A DNA stretch of 63,663 bases, the filler included, from Octopus bimaculoides (Eukaryota): NCBI RefSeq assembly GCF_001194135.2. It is 7 parts of 7 records of this genome, joined end to end, with 100 filler letters (N's around TTAATTAATTAA, not from the genome) between each part and the next. Parts side by side here need not be neighbours in the genome. Positions count along the whole stretch, not along the records: positions 37,157 to 41,456 come from NC_068993.1; positions 41,557 to 50,294 come from NC_068987.1; positions 50,395 to 58,681 come from NC_069002.1; 4 more parts are not named here. One strand, given 5' to 3'. The translations under genes were made by a program, and so were the position numbers. The notes under the pieces are model-generated. The model worked only from the letters and a program-made list of their open reading frames with translations. It was not told the origin of the DNA and made no database searches. Positions 40,081 through 53,140 of the stretch are shown here, piece by piece. Each line of letters opens with the position of its first letter. The first letter of the stretch is position 1.

Positions 40081-40204
40081 TATATTAAAACGTAAAATGA
40101 AAACAGAACACAAAGGATTCCGCGGTACACGTGTTTCAAAAAGCTTGAAACACGTGTACCACGGAATCCTTTGGGTTCTGTTTTTCATTTTACGTTTTAA
40201 TATA
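40081..40204. repeat. Near-perfect 124-bp palindrome (MITE-like)
   Basis: 59- and 60-nt arms, 5-nt loop AAAGC, 2 mismatches and 1 indel; TA at both ends. Confidence 0.95.
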
Positions 40205-41279
40205 CATATATATATATACATACATACATACATGCAAACATACGTACACATTTTAATATGTGTAATTTATATGTCTGTCTATCTAATGACTGAAACAAGT
40301 AAAAGATAAAAAATACGGACATACTGCACACGTACACATAGAGAATGGCACAATCACATACACGAAAGCACAAACACACACTCAAAGAAACAATCCCAAC
40401 ATTCTTGTTTTAACCAGTTTATTTTTCTCCAATCCTTTCTTCTTAACCACACAGTGATGCATTCATAAATTCGGTAAATCTATAATTAATACAGAAAATA
40501 AAATAATTACGTAACAAATGAACAAAATTATATCGTTTTCTTATTGTTTAGCGCCAAGTGAGCCATTACTGAGCGGAGCTACGGTCGAAAGTATTCAGTT
40601 TGTGACCATCTCATCATATTTTTAAAATTATATATTTAGGACTACGTTGTCGAATATGTTCCCTTTTTCCCAGAACGGTGTGACGTAGTTTGAAGAAGAA
40701 TTAGCTACCAGTTATAGAATGTTGAATGCCTAGGTTGGGGTTGTCTCATTGCATCAGAAGCTATGACGCGCATGAGATATCGTCTGCTCTTTCCGTTTGG
40801 TTTCAGTGTTTCACAGTTGTCTATGCAATCTATCTATCTTCCTCACTAAAGACACGTCTATCTATCTATCTATCTATCTTTCACTTCCGTAGTAGTGTTA
40901 CCTTGTCACCCCTCCCCTTTCTCTCTCTTATAGTCCTTTTATCATTCCTCGTATCTGCATCTTACACCTTAATTCTCTTCCTTTTCCCCTTCCTCTTCTT
41001 CTTCCCACTCACTGTTTCATTAGTATATCACTTTACTCTCTTTTTCTCTGTGGTTTCTCAAAGCATACATATATACATACACACACACATTCATCTTTGA
41101 ATATTATGGCAAACACACACACACACATACCGACATATTGAAGTAATCAATTAATGCTTCAAAAATACGTATATACAAGCAAATAAATATACTCAACGTC
41201 GGTAATTAGTTCTAAGATATGCGACTTAACTCGAAAAACGACGTAACACGAAAAATATCAAAAAAACATTTATGAGCTT

Positions 41280-41456
41280 TACTCTTTTACTTGTTCCAGT
41301 CATTTGACTGTGGCCATGCTGGAGCACCGCCTTTAGTCGAGCGAATCGACCCCGGGACTTATTCTTTGTAAGCCTAGTACTTATTCTATGGGCCACTTTT
41401 GCCGAACCACTAAGTTACGGGGACATAAGCACACCAGCATCGATTGTCAAGCAATG
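41280..41456 (-). mobile_element. SINE family A, 3' half, cut by a scaffold join
   Basis: cttttacttgttccagtcatttgactgtggccatgctggagcaccgcctttagtcgagcgaatcgaccccgggacttattc. Confidence 0.85.
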
Positions 41457-41572
41457 NNNNNNNNNNNNNNNNNNNNNNNNNNNNNNNNNNNNNNNNNNNN
41501 TTAATTAATTAANNNNNNNNNNNNNNNNNNNNNNNNNNNNNNNNNNNNNNNNNNNNGAAGATAGATAAATAA

Positions 41573-41626
<54 letters not shown>

Positions 41627-41749
41627 TTTAGATTCGTAATTATGACCTTAAGACGAATTGCACTAAAAAATTATTATTTACTTAGCTGCAGAGCAGGCAA
41701 TATGCAAACAAAGCTCACTTTAACAGTGAAGCAGCCATTTTTATAGCTC

Positions 41750-41797
<48 letters not shown>

Positions 41798-42103
41798 ATT
41801 TATACATGTAATATAAGCTACTTCTTCCATTTACGTAAGCTTCTATTGAATCTATTGATTATGAAAATTTCATCAATCACTCTACGTTTTCCTTAGTCAC
41901 TCAATATATATATTGAATTAGTTCTGCGAAAAATGCTTCTCCTCTCATTAAGGCTTTCTACTCTTCCGTTATTCTCAGCTTTAAAGACCGCTGTATATCT
42001 CCTTTCTCAAATATAGAGTATGATGTAGTCGTAATGTTCTGGACACTGACATAATGCTTGCCTGAAATTTCTAAGAGGTGGAATTGTCATTAATATACTG
42101 TCA

Positions 42104-42420
42104 AGACGCATGGCTCAGTGGTTGGAGCGGCGGGCTTACAATCATAATCTCATGAGTTCGATTTTCGGTTGTATGTTGTGTTCTTGAGCAAGACACTTCA
42201 TTTCCTGTTGCTCCAGTTTACTCAACTGTAGAAATGAGCTGCGACGTCACTGGTGCCAAACTGTATCGGCCTTTGCCTTTCCTTTGAACATCAGTCGTGG
42301 CGTGGAGAGGGAAGACTGGTATGCAAGGGTGACTGCTAGTCTTACACAAAACATCCTTGCCCGGGAGAGGACTTCTAAGTGCAATCCCATGGTCATTCAT
42401 GACCGAAAGGGTTCTTTACT
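42104..42420 (+). mobile_element. tRNA-derived SINE family C, near full length
   Basis: A-box tggctcagtggttgg, B-box-like gagttcgatt, core gttgtgttcttgagcaagacacttc, 3' part matching 8720-9020. Confidence 0.8.
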
Positions 42421-42574
42421 CTTTTTTAACTGTGAAATATTCGAACTAGTGTCCTCATTCTGGTTGTTATAGTTACAGTCTTCATTTCCATTTCCGTGCC
42501 TATCTTTGCCCAAGGTCATTAATATTAAGTTCAATCGCGAATACAAGCGGCAGAAATGATGGTCCCCCAATCAT

Positions 42575-42900
42575 CTCTGGAGCAATGTTGCTCGACAGTA
42601 GAGTAGAGCGGAAATCAGTGGATCTCTCCGGGTCGAGCCGCTACTTCTCTGCATTGAAAGATCACGGATCCGGTACTACGGGCATGTGATTAAAATGCTT
42701 CAGGAAAGAATCGCAAGACAGATTCTTCAAGTCGAACCAACAGGCGAGAAAACTAGGTTCAAACTAAGAACGAGATAGTTGGATAATATTCATAGTCTCA
42801 TAGTGTCAGCCTCAGGAATCCAGTGTACTGAGAGTTACTTCTGGTGCCTCAGGAATCAGCTTCCACCACTCTCCTAGGAATAGCTGGTGAGGGAGGCGGA
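42575..42900 (+). mobile_element. Second RTE-like LINE 3' fragment
   Basis: SLRVEPLLLCIERSRIRYYGHVIKMLQERIARQILQVEPTGEKTRFKLRTR*LDNIHSL matches the RTE-type L.W.GHV.RM...GKR..GRP..RW.D pattern. Confidence 0.7.
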
Positions 42901-44079
42901 TGAATGTAGTTACAACATTTAGGCGTTGACCCGATCCTAAGATATATATGTGTCGTGAATTATTTGCTAGAAAATTTCCTAAACAATTTGCAATATTATG
43001 TTTTTATCATACTGTTCTGTGTGTAATTCAAGACAACTTAATTTATCATAACTTTTATTATGACAAAAAGTTACTACCAGTAAACTACTGGGGATTAATT
43101 ATCTCAGTTATATCCTCTCCATGTTGCCACATCCGGAGCCGTCGATATACACTATTTTTTTTCGTCCAATAATAAAAATCCCAATATTGATTTCAAAAGA
43201 ATCCTTAATCGGTAATTAATTTTAACATCTTGGCCTGTGCAAATAAATTCTCAATGACAAATACAAATTACTAGTTCTCATTAACACTGTCTGCTCGAAT
43301 TCCAATGAGAGCAGCGTAATTATATGTCAACTAAACTGAGCTACTATCTATGGTGGCTTGTAACGACAATAAACTTCCACTGGGGTCAGACAAGATAAAT
43401 GCGTAATTTCAAATTTCAGTCTTTCCTTTCTTTTCTTTATATTAATTTCTCTCGGTTCAGCCACTTATTTATCTGTATTCTCTTTTCATTCATATCTATT
43501 CATATGGACATGTTTTTGTGGTTAATTTTCTTCTCTACATCAATCCAACATAAACTGTTTTGCTATGATTAGACGGTAAATGAAATGAAGTATACCTAAC
43601 CTGTGTTACTTAAGGTGTTCCATAGGAAATACAATAAGAATCTACGTTGAGGTGACAACAGATAAAATATGTTAAAATTGAGAGGAAGATGTCAGAAATC
43701 TTGTCTCTCCAAATGGTTAGAATGTTTGCCTACATAATACCAGATGTATTGCTTCGTTCACTCAGCCTTCAATTTGTTTTTTTTGTTTTTGTTTTTTCAC
43801 CCTTTTGCACTCCAAATATTACAATTAAATCATTGACATATACTTTAAAGGCTTTATAATTAATTTACACTTGCAGAGTTGTAAAGTACCTCCAAGTATG
43901 TACGACTATATGTACATATAGTATTCCCGGGAGAGACAAGTCCAGAGGAACTTTATCCGACCAATAGTCTCGGGAACCGGAGTTGTATGGAGTGTAAGAG
44001 CACCCCTATAATATATTTGGTGGGAGCAATGAAAATGCTTTGAACATCCTAGTTCTGACCTCGATTTGCAGCCCTTAAC

Positions 44080-44121
<42 letters not shown>

Positions 44122-44124
44122 CAT

Positions 44125-44178
<54 letters not shown>

Positions 44179-44179
44179 T

Positions 44180-44228
<49 letters not shown>

Positions 44229-44640
44229 AGATATTATAACGACGAAGAGAAAGAACAACCATAAGGTTTATTAGGTTAACATTTGGGCAAAATGGAAGGA
44301 GTTTTTAACTTGTGCTCTTACGAACACACACACACACATACATCTGTGTGTATGTGTGTGCGTAGATGTGTGTGTGTGCGTGTGTATATAGTTTATTGAA
44401 ACTCGAGTTGCAAGATGAAGATTAGTTTCATCAAATCATATGCTACAAACTATATTGAGCACATCTCTTTCATTCGTCCCACACAGTTTAACGTATGTAT
44501 GCATGTGCATATACATACAAACAAACATACATATATACATGCAAACAGACAGGCGGATGTGCATATAAACGTGTATACTCAAACTAAGGAGATTTACAAT
44601 AACCTATCAAAGTATACAACACTACAAATATAAATACACA

Positions 44641-44689
<49 letters not shown>

Positions 44690-45149
44690 AAACACATATA
44701 TCTATGTGTGTATATATATATATATGCAAGGGGCAGCTGTGTCAAATTCTCTTATACACCAGATGTGCCATCAAAACTCTTGATTGGACCATGTCNNNNN
44801 NNNNNNNNNNNNNNNNNNNNNNNNNNNNNNNNNNNNNNNNNNNNNNNNNNNNNNNNNNNNNNNNNNNNNNNNNNNNNNNNNNNNNNNNNNNNNNNNNNNN
44901 NNNNNNNNNNNNNNNNNNNNNNNNNNNNNNNNNNNNNNNNNNNNNNNNNNNNNNNNNNNNNNNNNNNNNNNNNNNNNNNNNNNNNNNNNNNNNNNNNNNN
45001 NNNNNNNNNNNNNNNNNNNNNNNNNNNNNNNNNNNNNNNNNNNNNNNNNNNNNNNNNNNNNNNNNNNNNNNNNNNNNNNNNNNNNNNNNNNNNNNNNNNN
45101 NNNNNNNNNNNNNNNNNNNNNNNNNNNNNNNNNNNNNNNNNNNNNNNNN

Positions 45150-45186
<37 letters not shown>

Positions 45187-45204
45187 TGTGGCTGTGTGTG
45201 TTGG

Positions 45205-45250
<46 letters not shown>

Positions 45251-46413
45251 TACTTATTATTTACATATATCTTTAACCTGTCATTCAATGAAGTGCGTTT
45301 ACGTCCCCGTAACCTAGCGGTTCGGCAAAAGTGACGGACATAATAAGTACTAGGCTTTCAAAGAATAAGTCCTGGGGTCAATTTGCTCGACTAAAGGCGG
45401 TGCTCCACCATGGCCACAGTCAAATTACTGAAACAAGTAAAAGAGTAATATATATATAATTAATTCTTTGTGGCTCTTCTCGACTGTTTTAATAATATTC
45501 AACACCCTTAAAGCCATTAACATAAAACTATTTATTCTAAACCTTCTTATGAATACACTCCATAGAACCCCCCAGGAAACAATTTGCATAAAATTCACTT
45601 TGATAATTTCCTCTCTGAAATATTAATAAACGTTTTATTGAGAGATGGCATTATTTCAAACTCCTGGATTTTTTATGAGAAGTGGAAGTATGAGTTAAAA
45701 CGCGGAAGAGAGACAGACAGACATACAGAGACAGACAGACAGAGACAGACAGACAGACAGAGACAGACAGACAAAAAGAGAATGAGAGTGAGAGAGTGAC
45801 ACAGAGGAAGGGAGGGAGGGAGAGAGAGAAATATGGAAGAATAATATGTTCGTGTTAACCCTTTGAGATAATGCTAGGAACGATTTGCGGAACTTAACGT
45901 ACGATTCTATTTTCTGTCATTGTTAAACTGGATGAACGATAAACATGGCGCTAGTTATTTGATGTCAGATTAACTTTAGAAAGAAAACATAAGCATTGTT
46001 ATTCTCAAAATCCTGGACTGTTGTAAAATAGAGTTAAATGCCTGTCTCAGAACCTATAATTTACATAAGCACTGAGATGGATATTTCTCTGAAATAACGC
46101 TTTATGGATAAATAATTTTATTGCAATTTTTCATTTAAAAATTATACCCTAGATGACTTTCTGCTACTTTAGATAAAATTTCAATCTCAATGTGTCTCTG
46201 TACTGGTACGGCCTTGTCGCGTACGCACTTGTTACGCTGATTGTGTATTGGAATTACGCCAAGAGTGTGCGTGCCTGTGGAACGCTCAACCACATGCACG
46301 TTAATTTTCCTCTAGATAATTCAGGTTATCAAAGAACAAAATATTCATCGCCAAACGATGGAGCCCCACCCCCTAATACCACAGCCAAATTACAGTTTAT
46401 GTGAATCGAAATA

Positions 46414-46996
46414 TTGGGTTATCCGGAAAGTTCGTGCCGATTTATAGCAGCTTCCCTTTCGACTTATTTTAGAACATGGTTGAGTCCATAAAATAGGATT
46501 TGACTACACCTCCATTTAGAGCACAGTTTAAGCTATCTTTTCGTGGAAGAAGGTTTATGTCCCTATAACCTGTGTTAATTCTGTAACCCTTTAAAATGGA
46601 AGATAAGAAAGTTCATTTTCGGTACTTGATGATTTTCTTTTTCCGTAAAGGAAAAAATGCCTTACAAGCAACCAAAGTTTACGGTGATGTTTCTTTATCC
46701 GAAAGAACTGTATGGAAGTTGTTCACAACGTTCCGAGCTGGAGATTGTAGCCTTATTGATAAAGAGCGATCAGGCAGACCATCCACTACAGTTGATGACC
46801 AAATTAAGTCATTAATTGAGAATAACCCACATTGCACAACCCGACAATTGGCAGAAAGCCTCAACCTATCAAAATCCATCGTTCATGAGCACCTGGTAAA
46901 GCTTGGGTAGACAAATCGCTACGATGTTTGGGTACCACATGAGTTGAGTGAGAAGAACTTTTTTGAAAATTGGCACGAACTTTCCGGACAACCCAA
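46414..46996 (+). mobile_element. Internally deleted mariner (DD34D type) element with both TIRs and TA target duplications
   Basis: Left TIR ttgggttatccggaaagttcgtgccgattt (46414-46443) vs right TIR (46967-46996) reverse complement ttgggttgtccggaaagttcgtgccaattt: 28/30 identical. TA at 46412-46413 and 46997-46998. Confidence 0.95.
46596..46910 (+). pseudogene. Mariner transposase N-terminal DNA-binding (HTH) domain only
   Basis: MEDKKVHFRYLMIFFFRKGKNA...RSGRPS...IENNPHCTTRQLAESLNLSKSIVHEHLVKLG*; the post-stop frame continues TNRYDVWVPHELSEKN (WVPHEL motif), then the catalytic domain is deleted. Confidence 0.9.
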
Positions 46997-48383
46997 TATT
47001 TTCAGTTTGAAATCGGAACATAACTGCAAATTCAACTACAGTTAAATCCTTTTTCCGAAATACGAATATCCAAAAACCGAATTTTTTTTTTTTTTTTTTT
47101 TNNNNNNNNNNTTTTTTTTTTTTTTTTTCGAATGGTGGCATAACACGCCTCCAATGGAAAATTATACATTGTTGCGTTACAAATATAATGCTGACATTTT
47201 CAGTTTCCAGTACATTTATCTGTAATCAAATTTCATGTTCTTATACAAAAATCTTTATGTACTGTAACCTTTTCATCAAAACACGACTTCGTAGGTGGAA
47301 ACTGATGACTTGTCGAGCGTTCCAGCTCACAGTGATGTCATCGATGACGTGCCCTCTCTCTCGAGCTACTTGGACCTGATGTAGCTGTAATGTCTGGAAT
47401 TGCATCTTTCTTCAATTTTGTAGGTAGTCTTAATTTCTACAGTAAGCACAAAAAGTTATCTCTACCTGAGATCTGAATTTTACCTTCAAGTATATGCGTA
47501 AGATGACTTGCGTCATTATTTGTACATCACTCTAGAACTAGAATACTGATTGTTTTAGTTTTTCCTTTTATTTACCTGCAATTATGTTCATTGCTTTGTT
47601 TTTATATCTTACAGAAAACCTGTATAGTTAAAAATAAAATACAAATGGCGTACGTGTGCTGTAAACTTTTAATCAAAACGTGACATCGTAGGTGGAATCT
47701 GATTTCTTATAGTGTTATGTATAAAATGAATTCTTAAACGTTTAAATAAAACTACATTCAGAATATATGCATAAGCTATATTATGATATGTAATGGGATA
47801 TTGTGTCTAGATTTTGGTTCTACCCACGAACTGTCTCATTTTATAGATGCAAATATAAGAACACTTCAAAATGCGAAGAACTCCGAAATCAGCAACGCTT
47901 TCGGATGAGGGCTTTTCAACTGTAGTCAGTATTTTATTATGCACGCCCGAGTAAAAAACTATTTATTCAATGATCCTGTTTTATTCTGCTTTCTGTCCTT
48001 TGTTTATTTTTTATCAATTACTTGTTTCATTCATTGGTCTGCGGCCGTGCTGGGGCACCGCGTTGAAAAGCTTTAGTCGAAGAAATCAATTCTGTTATTT
48101 ATTTTTGAAGTTTTGAGCTCATGTCATTGATTGTAATGCCGAACTGCTAAGTAAATGTGACTGAGATGTAAACAAAACAGCAACGGTTGTCAAGAGGTGC
48201 GGGGTGGGGGCAAACACAGACACATACACACACACACTTACGGCACGACTCCAAACAGTTTGCGTCTACCAAATTCACTCACAAGACGTTAGGTTCTTAG
48301 TCTCAAGTGCCCCGCATTGGAACAGAACTCGAAATCATGTGGTTACAAAGCAAGATTCTTAACTACACAAACTTCCCTGGGCT

Positions 48384-48448
<65 letters not shown>

Positions 48449-49279
48449 NNNNNNNNNNNNNNNNNNNNNNNNNNNNNNNNNNNNNNNNNNNNNNNNNNNN
48501 NNNNNNNNNNNNNNNNNNNNNNNNNNNNNNNNNNNNNNNNNNNNNNNNNNNNNNNNNNNNNNNNNNNNNNNNNNNNNNNNNNNNNNNNNNNNNNNNNNNN
48601 NNNNNNNNNNNNNNNNNNNNNNNNNNNNNNNNNNNNNNNNNNNNNNNNNNNNNNNNNNNNNNNNNNNNNNNNNNNNNNNNNNNNNNNNNNNNNNNNNNNN
48701 NNNNNNNNNNNNNNNNNNNNNNNNNNNNNNNNNNNNNNNNNNNNNNNNNNNNNNNNNNNNNNNNNNNNNNNNNNNNNNNNNNNNNNNNNNNNNNNNNNNN
48801 NNNNNNNNNNNNATATATATATATATATAGTTTATTTTATTTCATTTGACAAGCTGTATGATACCGTAAATCTGTCCACAGAGAAAAAACAAATAAGTTT
48901 AACGAGAGTAAGAATTAAAACAACGTAGTAGTAATAGTAGTAGTAGTAGTAGTTAATATCTTTTGCAAACTGCCACTGTCTGAGAGGCTGTTTTCAAGGT
49001 TGTGAGCGCTATCTTTTGACAGGGAATACACACTCCCGGCGGTCAACTCTTTCTTGTACATAATCTCTCCATTGAGATACTGGTGTTCTTTTATTCTTTT
49101 ATTTATTTCAATCACTAATCTAAACACTATTTTCCTGTGAAGGCAACTATGTGGTTTCGGGTTCAATCTCACTGCAGGATACATACCTTGTACACATGTC
49201 TTCCTACAATAACTCTTGGCCGATCAATACTTTGGGAGTAAATTTGGCAGACGAAAACTGCGTGCAATATCGTTATATA

Positions 49280-49334
<55 letters not shown>

Positions 49335-50394
49335 TGCGCGCACTAAATTCTTCGTGGTTTCAATTCAATGACTGAAACAAGTAAAAGACGGAAAATAGAA
49401 ATATAAGATATAAGATTGAATATTATTTCAATTAATTATTCAGATATCATGTCAACTAACATTAATGAGCAGAAACAGGATGACTCACTGCATAGATTTC
49501 CACATAAATTTTCTTCTGAATTCAAAAACTGAAATTTATTATCGATGTCTTTAAAAATTACTCTACATTTTCTTCTATAGAAAGAATTAATGATGATGTA
49601 TTCCATATCATTTACAGTACTATTTTTTTAAAAATATTTTACCTGTTGCTCGTTACAGTCATTGGACTGCAGCCTTGCTGGTGAACCACCTTGAAGGATT
49701 TAGTCAAACAAATCGACTCTGATATTTATTTTTAAGTCTGGTATTTGTACGATCGTTATCTTTTGCCAAACCTCTAAACTACGAGGCGTAAACAAAGTGA
49801 CATCGGTTGTCAAGCGGTGGTGGAGGACATACATAAAACCAAACACACACATATACACATACACACAAACACATGCATGCAAACATACAAACACACATTC
49901 ACACGCACGAACACACACACGCACGAACACACACACGCACCCAAAAACAGCACACAACATTTATATATATGTTTTTCTTCATACGGCACCGTTTTTGCAA
50001 TCCTGTACGTAATATTAATATTATTTTTATATAAGCTTAAAGCTTATAGCGATCACAGTGCAATGACTAAGGAAAATAGCTTAATAAAGGGGCATATAAG
50101 CCCTCAACAGAAAAACGAAGGCTTTTCTATCTGCGTAGGAGTCGAACCCACATCCCTTTGTTAACGCGACTATGTGTGTGTGTTACCTTTACATATATAC
50201 ATACATGTATATATATATATATACTAATATATACTTTTGTTATTTACACCACCTGTCCTCGTCTGTTGTTATTTTTTGTATAATCTCCCATATANNNNNN
50301 NNNNNNNNNNNNNNNNNNNNNNNNNNNNNNNNNNNNNNTTAATTAATTAANNNNNNNNNNNNNNNNNNNNNNNNNNNNNNNNNNNNNNNNNNNN

Positions 50395-50435
<41 letters not shown>

Positions 50436-51164
50436 TACACATACATATATATATATATATATACACACACACATACATATATATATCTATATACATATAA
50501 AGATATATCAATCTAACAATCTATCAATCAGTCTATCTATCATTATCTCTCTAATAATTCCACTATAATCACATAATCAACAAAAAATACCGAAGGAATT
50601 AGGGTCTTAACTAAAAAGAAATAGTCTGTGAGAGTGTAATGTTTAGATGATATGCTGCCTCTATACAATACAAAAAAACATGTAGGTAGGGGTTTTTTTG
50701 CTTGGAGGTGGGTATTTTTTCTAACCAAATCAACAAATGCTGGCATATGAACCCTGTTAAGAATTAATGAGATAGATGTAATTAGATAAAACAGTTAAGG
50801 CTGCTTTAACTTCTGGATTATGCAACCAATCTATCTATACTTTTGTAGTGGCACCTCTATCATGAATGCTGCATACACAGTTACCGTAATTACTCGTGTA
50901 TAAGCCGCACCCCCAATTTAGCGTTAAATCTTTTTTTCGTTCGTAGGTTTAACTTTGCCCTATGTATAAATCGCAACCTGTTTTTTTTCAGTTAAAATCG
51001 AATATAAAATGTGTATGTGTGTGCATGGTAACAACCAAGTGAGAATATGCGTTGATTTTCAATGGCTGAGTTTATTTATATGTGCGTATATGTGTGTGTG
51101 TCTGTCACAGAGAAAGAGAGGGGAAAAAAAAGAATCTTGAACCGATAGCTTTAGACAGAATACT

Positions 51165-51530
51165 TATGTTGTGCTTAGAAACCCACAGTATGACAAGAAT
51201 GCCTGGCGCATGCCCTCTTCATAAATCACAAAAGTACACAGAGTGGCAAGGCTATATACGGTGTTCTCTATGCACCGCAGAAGAAAACACACCGTGACAC
51301 AGATTCGTAGGGCTGTGCCTTCTTCATAAATCACAAAAACACAGTGTGACAAGGATATATGTACCGTTCTCTATGCATCACAGAAACAACATACCATACC
51401 AAGGATGCGTAGGCTGTGCCCTCTTCATAAATCACAAAAACACAGCGTTGCAAAGATATGTGGGCTGTTCTCAATGTATCAGAGAAACGCACAACATGAC
51501 AAGAAAGTGCCGGCTGTAGTTCATTAATCA
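51165..51530. repeat. ~103-bp minisatellite (about 3.5 units) built from two ~51-bp subunits
   Basis: Anchor cttcataaatcacaaaa with ataaa at 51221, 51326 and 51427; alternate subunit ctctatgcatcacagaaa / ctcaatgtatcagagaaa in between. Confidence 0.85.
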
Positions 51531-52142
51531 TACATGTTGCTGTTGACAGCTGAGAAGACTATGATGATTGTTAATCCGTTGCTGTAGAAATCGACAACAT
51601 TAACACTAATACGTAATACATGAATTTCTCACATTTCTAAGAAACATATTCCAAGAAACCATAACTTTAAGAATTCTGTCAGCTGTCAATATGTCTCTTT
51701 AATAAACTGCGATGCTGCCCTGTTCTGGTTTTCTCCAATGTGTAAATATAGATACAACAGAAGACGTTAACTAAGTAAAACTGTTTTCCATTATATCTGT
51801 TTTCTGATCGGCATTAACAGCAACACTAAAATGTGTGGGGGGTTGTGCGCGGATGTGTATATGTGTGTACGTGTGTATGTGTTTGTGTGTGCATGTGTGT
51901 GTGTGTGAATGTGGGTGTATGTGAGTGTGTGTGTGAGAGAGAGAGTGTGTGTGTGAGAGAGAGAGAGTGTGTGTGTGTGAGAGAGAGTGTGTGTGTGAGA
52001 GAGAGAGAGTGTGTGTGAGTCGGTGTGAATGTGTGTACGTGTGTGTGTTTGTGTGTGTGTGTATGTGTGTGTGTGAGAGAGAGAGTGAGTGTGTGTGGGT
52101 GGGTGTGAGTGTGTGGATGTGTGCGTGTGTGTATATGTGTGT

Positions 52143-52186
<44 letters not shown>

Positions 52187-52359
52187 TCACAGAGGTCCAA
52201 AAGTCTCTGCAATTTTAAATACGGTTTAATTAAATTAACATTAAAACTATATACAGAAAATGTTATTAGACTTCTTTAGCTTTTGGTGCCGTGTTATGTG
52301 TGTATGTGTATGTGTGTGTGTTTTGTGTGTGTGTGTATGTGTGTATGTGTATGTGTGTA

Positions 52360-52399
<40 letters not shown>

Positions 52400-52496
52400 G
52401 AAAATAAGAGAATGAGAGATGCATACGTATGCAGCCACTCACATGCACACACAGATATATATGCATACGTTTATATATGTGCATATATGTGTGTAT

Positions 52497-52591
<95 letters not shown>

Positions 52592-52756
52592 TCAAAAGAA
52601 TTTCATAAATTTTCGAGAGAGCGTGGAATGATTGTTTTGGTATAATGTTTCTCGAAGCACACCATATATAACTATAAAGAAACGTGGGTCTGAGTTCCAT
52701 GGGCAACCTTCAATTTGTCTGGGTTTTTTTAATCCAAAACGGTTTTAATTATCATT

Positions 52757-53140
52757 AAGGCAGCGAGCTGGCAGAATCGTTAGCACGCCGGACGAAATCT
52801 AAGCAATATTTCGTCTGTCTTCACGTTTTGAGTTCAAATTCCGTCGAAATCGACTTTAACTTACATTTTTTTCTGGGTACCAGTGAACCATTGGGTTCGA
52901 TGTAATCGACTATCTCCCTTCCTTAAATATTTCAAGTTTTGTGCCTATAGTAGAAAGGGTTATTATTTAGGCGGCGAGCTGGCAGAATCGTTAGCACTCC
53001 GGACAAAATGCTTTGCGGTATTTCGTCCGTCCTTACGTTCTGAGTTCAAATTCCACCGCGGTCGACTTGGCTTTTCATCCTTTCGGGGTCAATAAAATGA
53101 GTACCAATTGTACAGGCCTTATGTCTTTAGTAGAAAGAAT
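52757..53140 (+). mobile_element. Two tandem SINE family B copies
   Basis: aggcagcgagctggcagaatcgttagcacgccggacgaaat (52758) and aggcggcgagctggcagaatcgttagcactccggacaaaat (52969), each ending tagtagaaag+(ATT)n. Confidence 0.85.

Noticed and set aside
43945-43995. FIRPIVSG peptide resembling the Penelope RT RPIVS motif
   Set aside because: Isolated 5-aa match with no neighbouring RT motifs.
46192-46404. 70-aa ORF with a hydrophobic N-terminus
   Set aside because: Starts at a non-ATG codon, has no recognisable family, and its length is expected by chance.
39445-51530. Periodic arrays at 39.4 kb and 51.2 kb as CRISPR
   Set aside because: Eukaryotic context, whole units are homologous with no unique spacers, and no cas genes.
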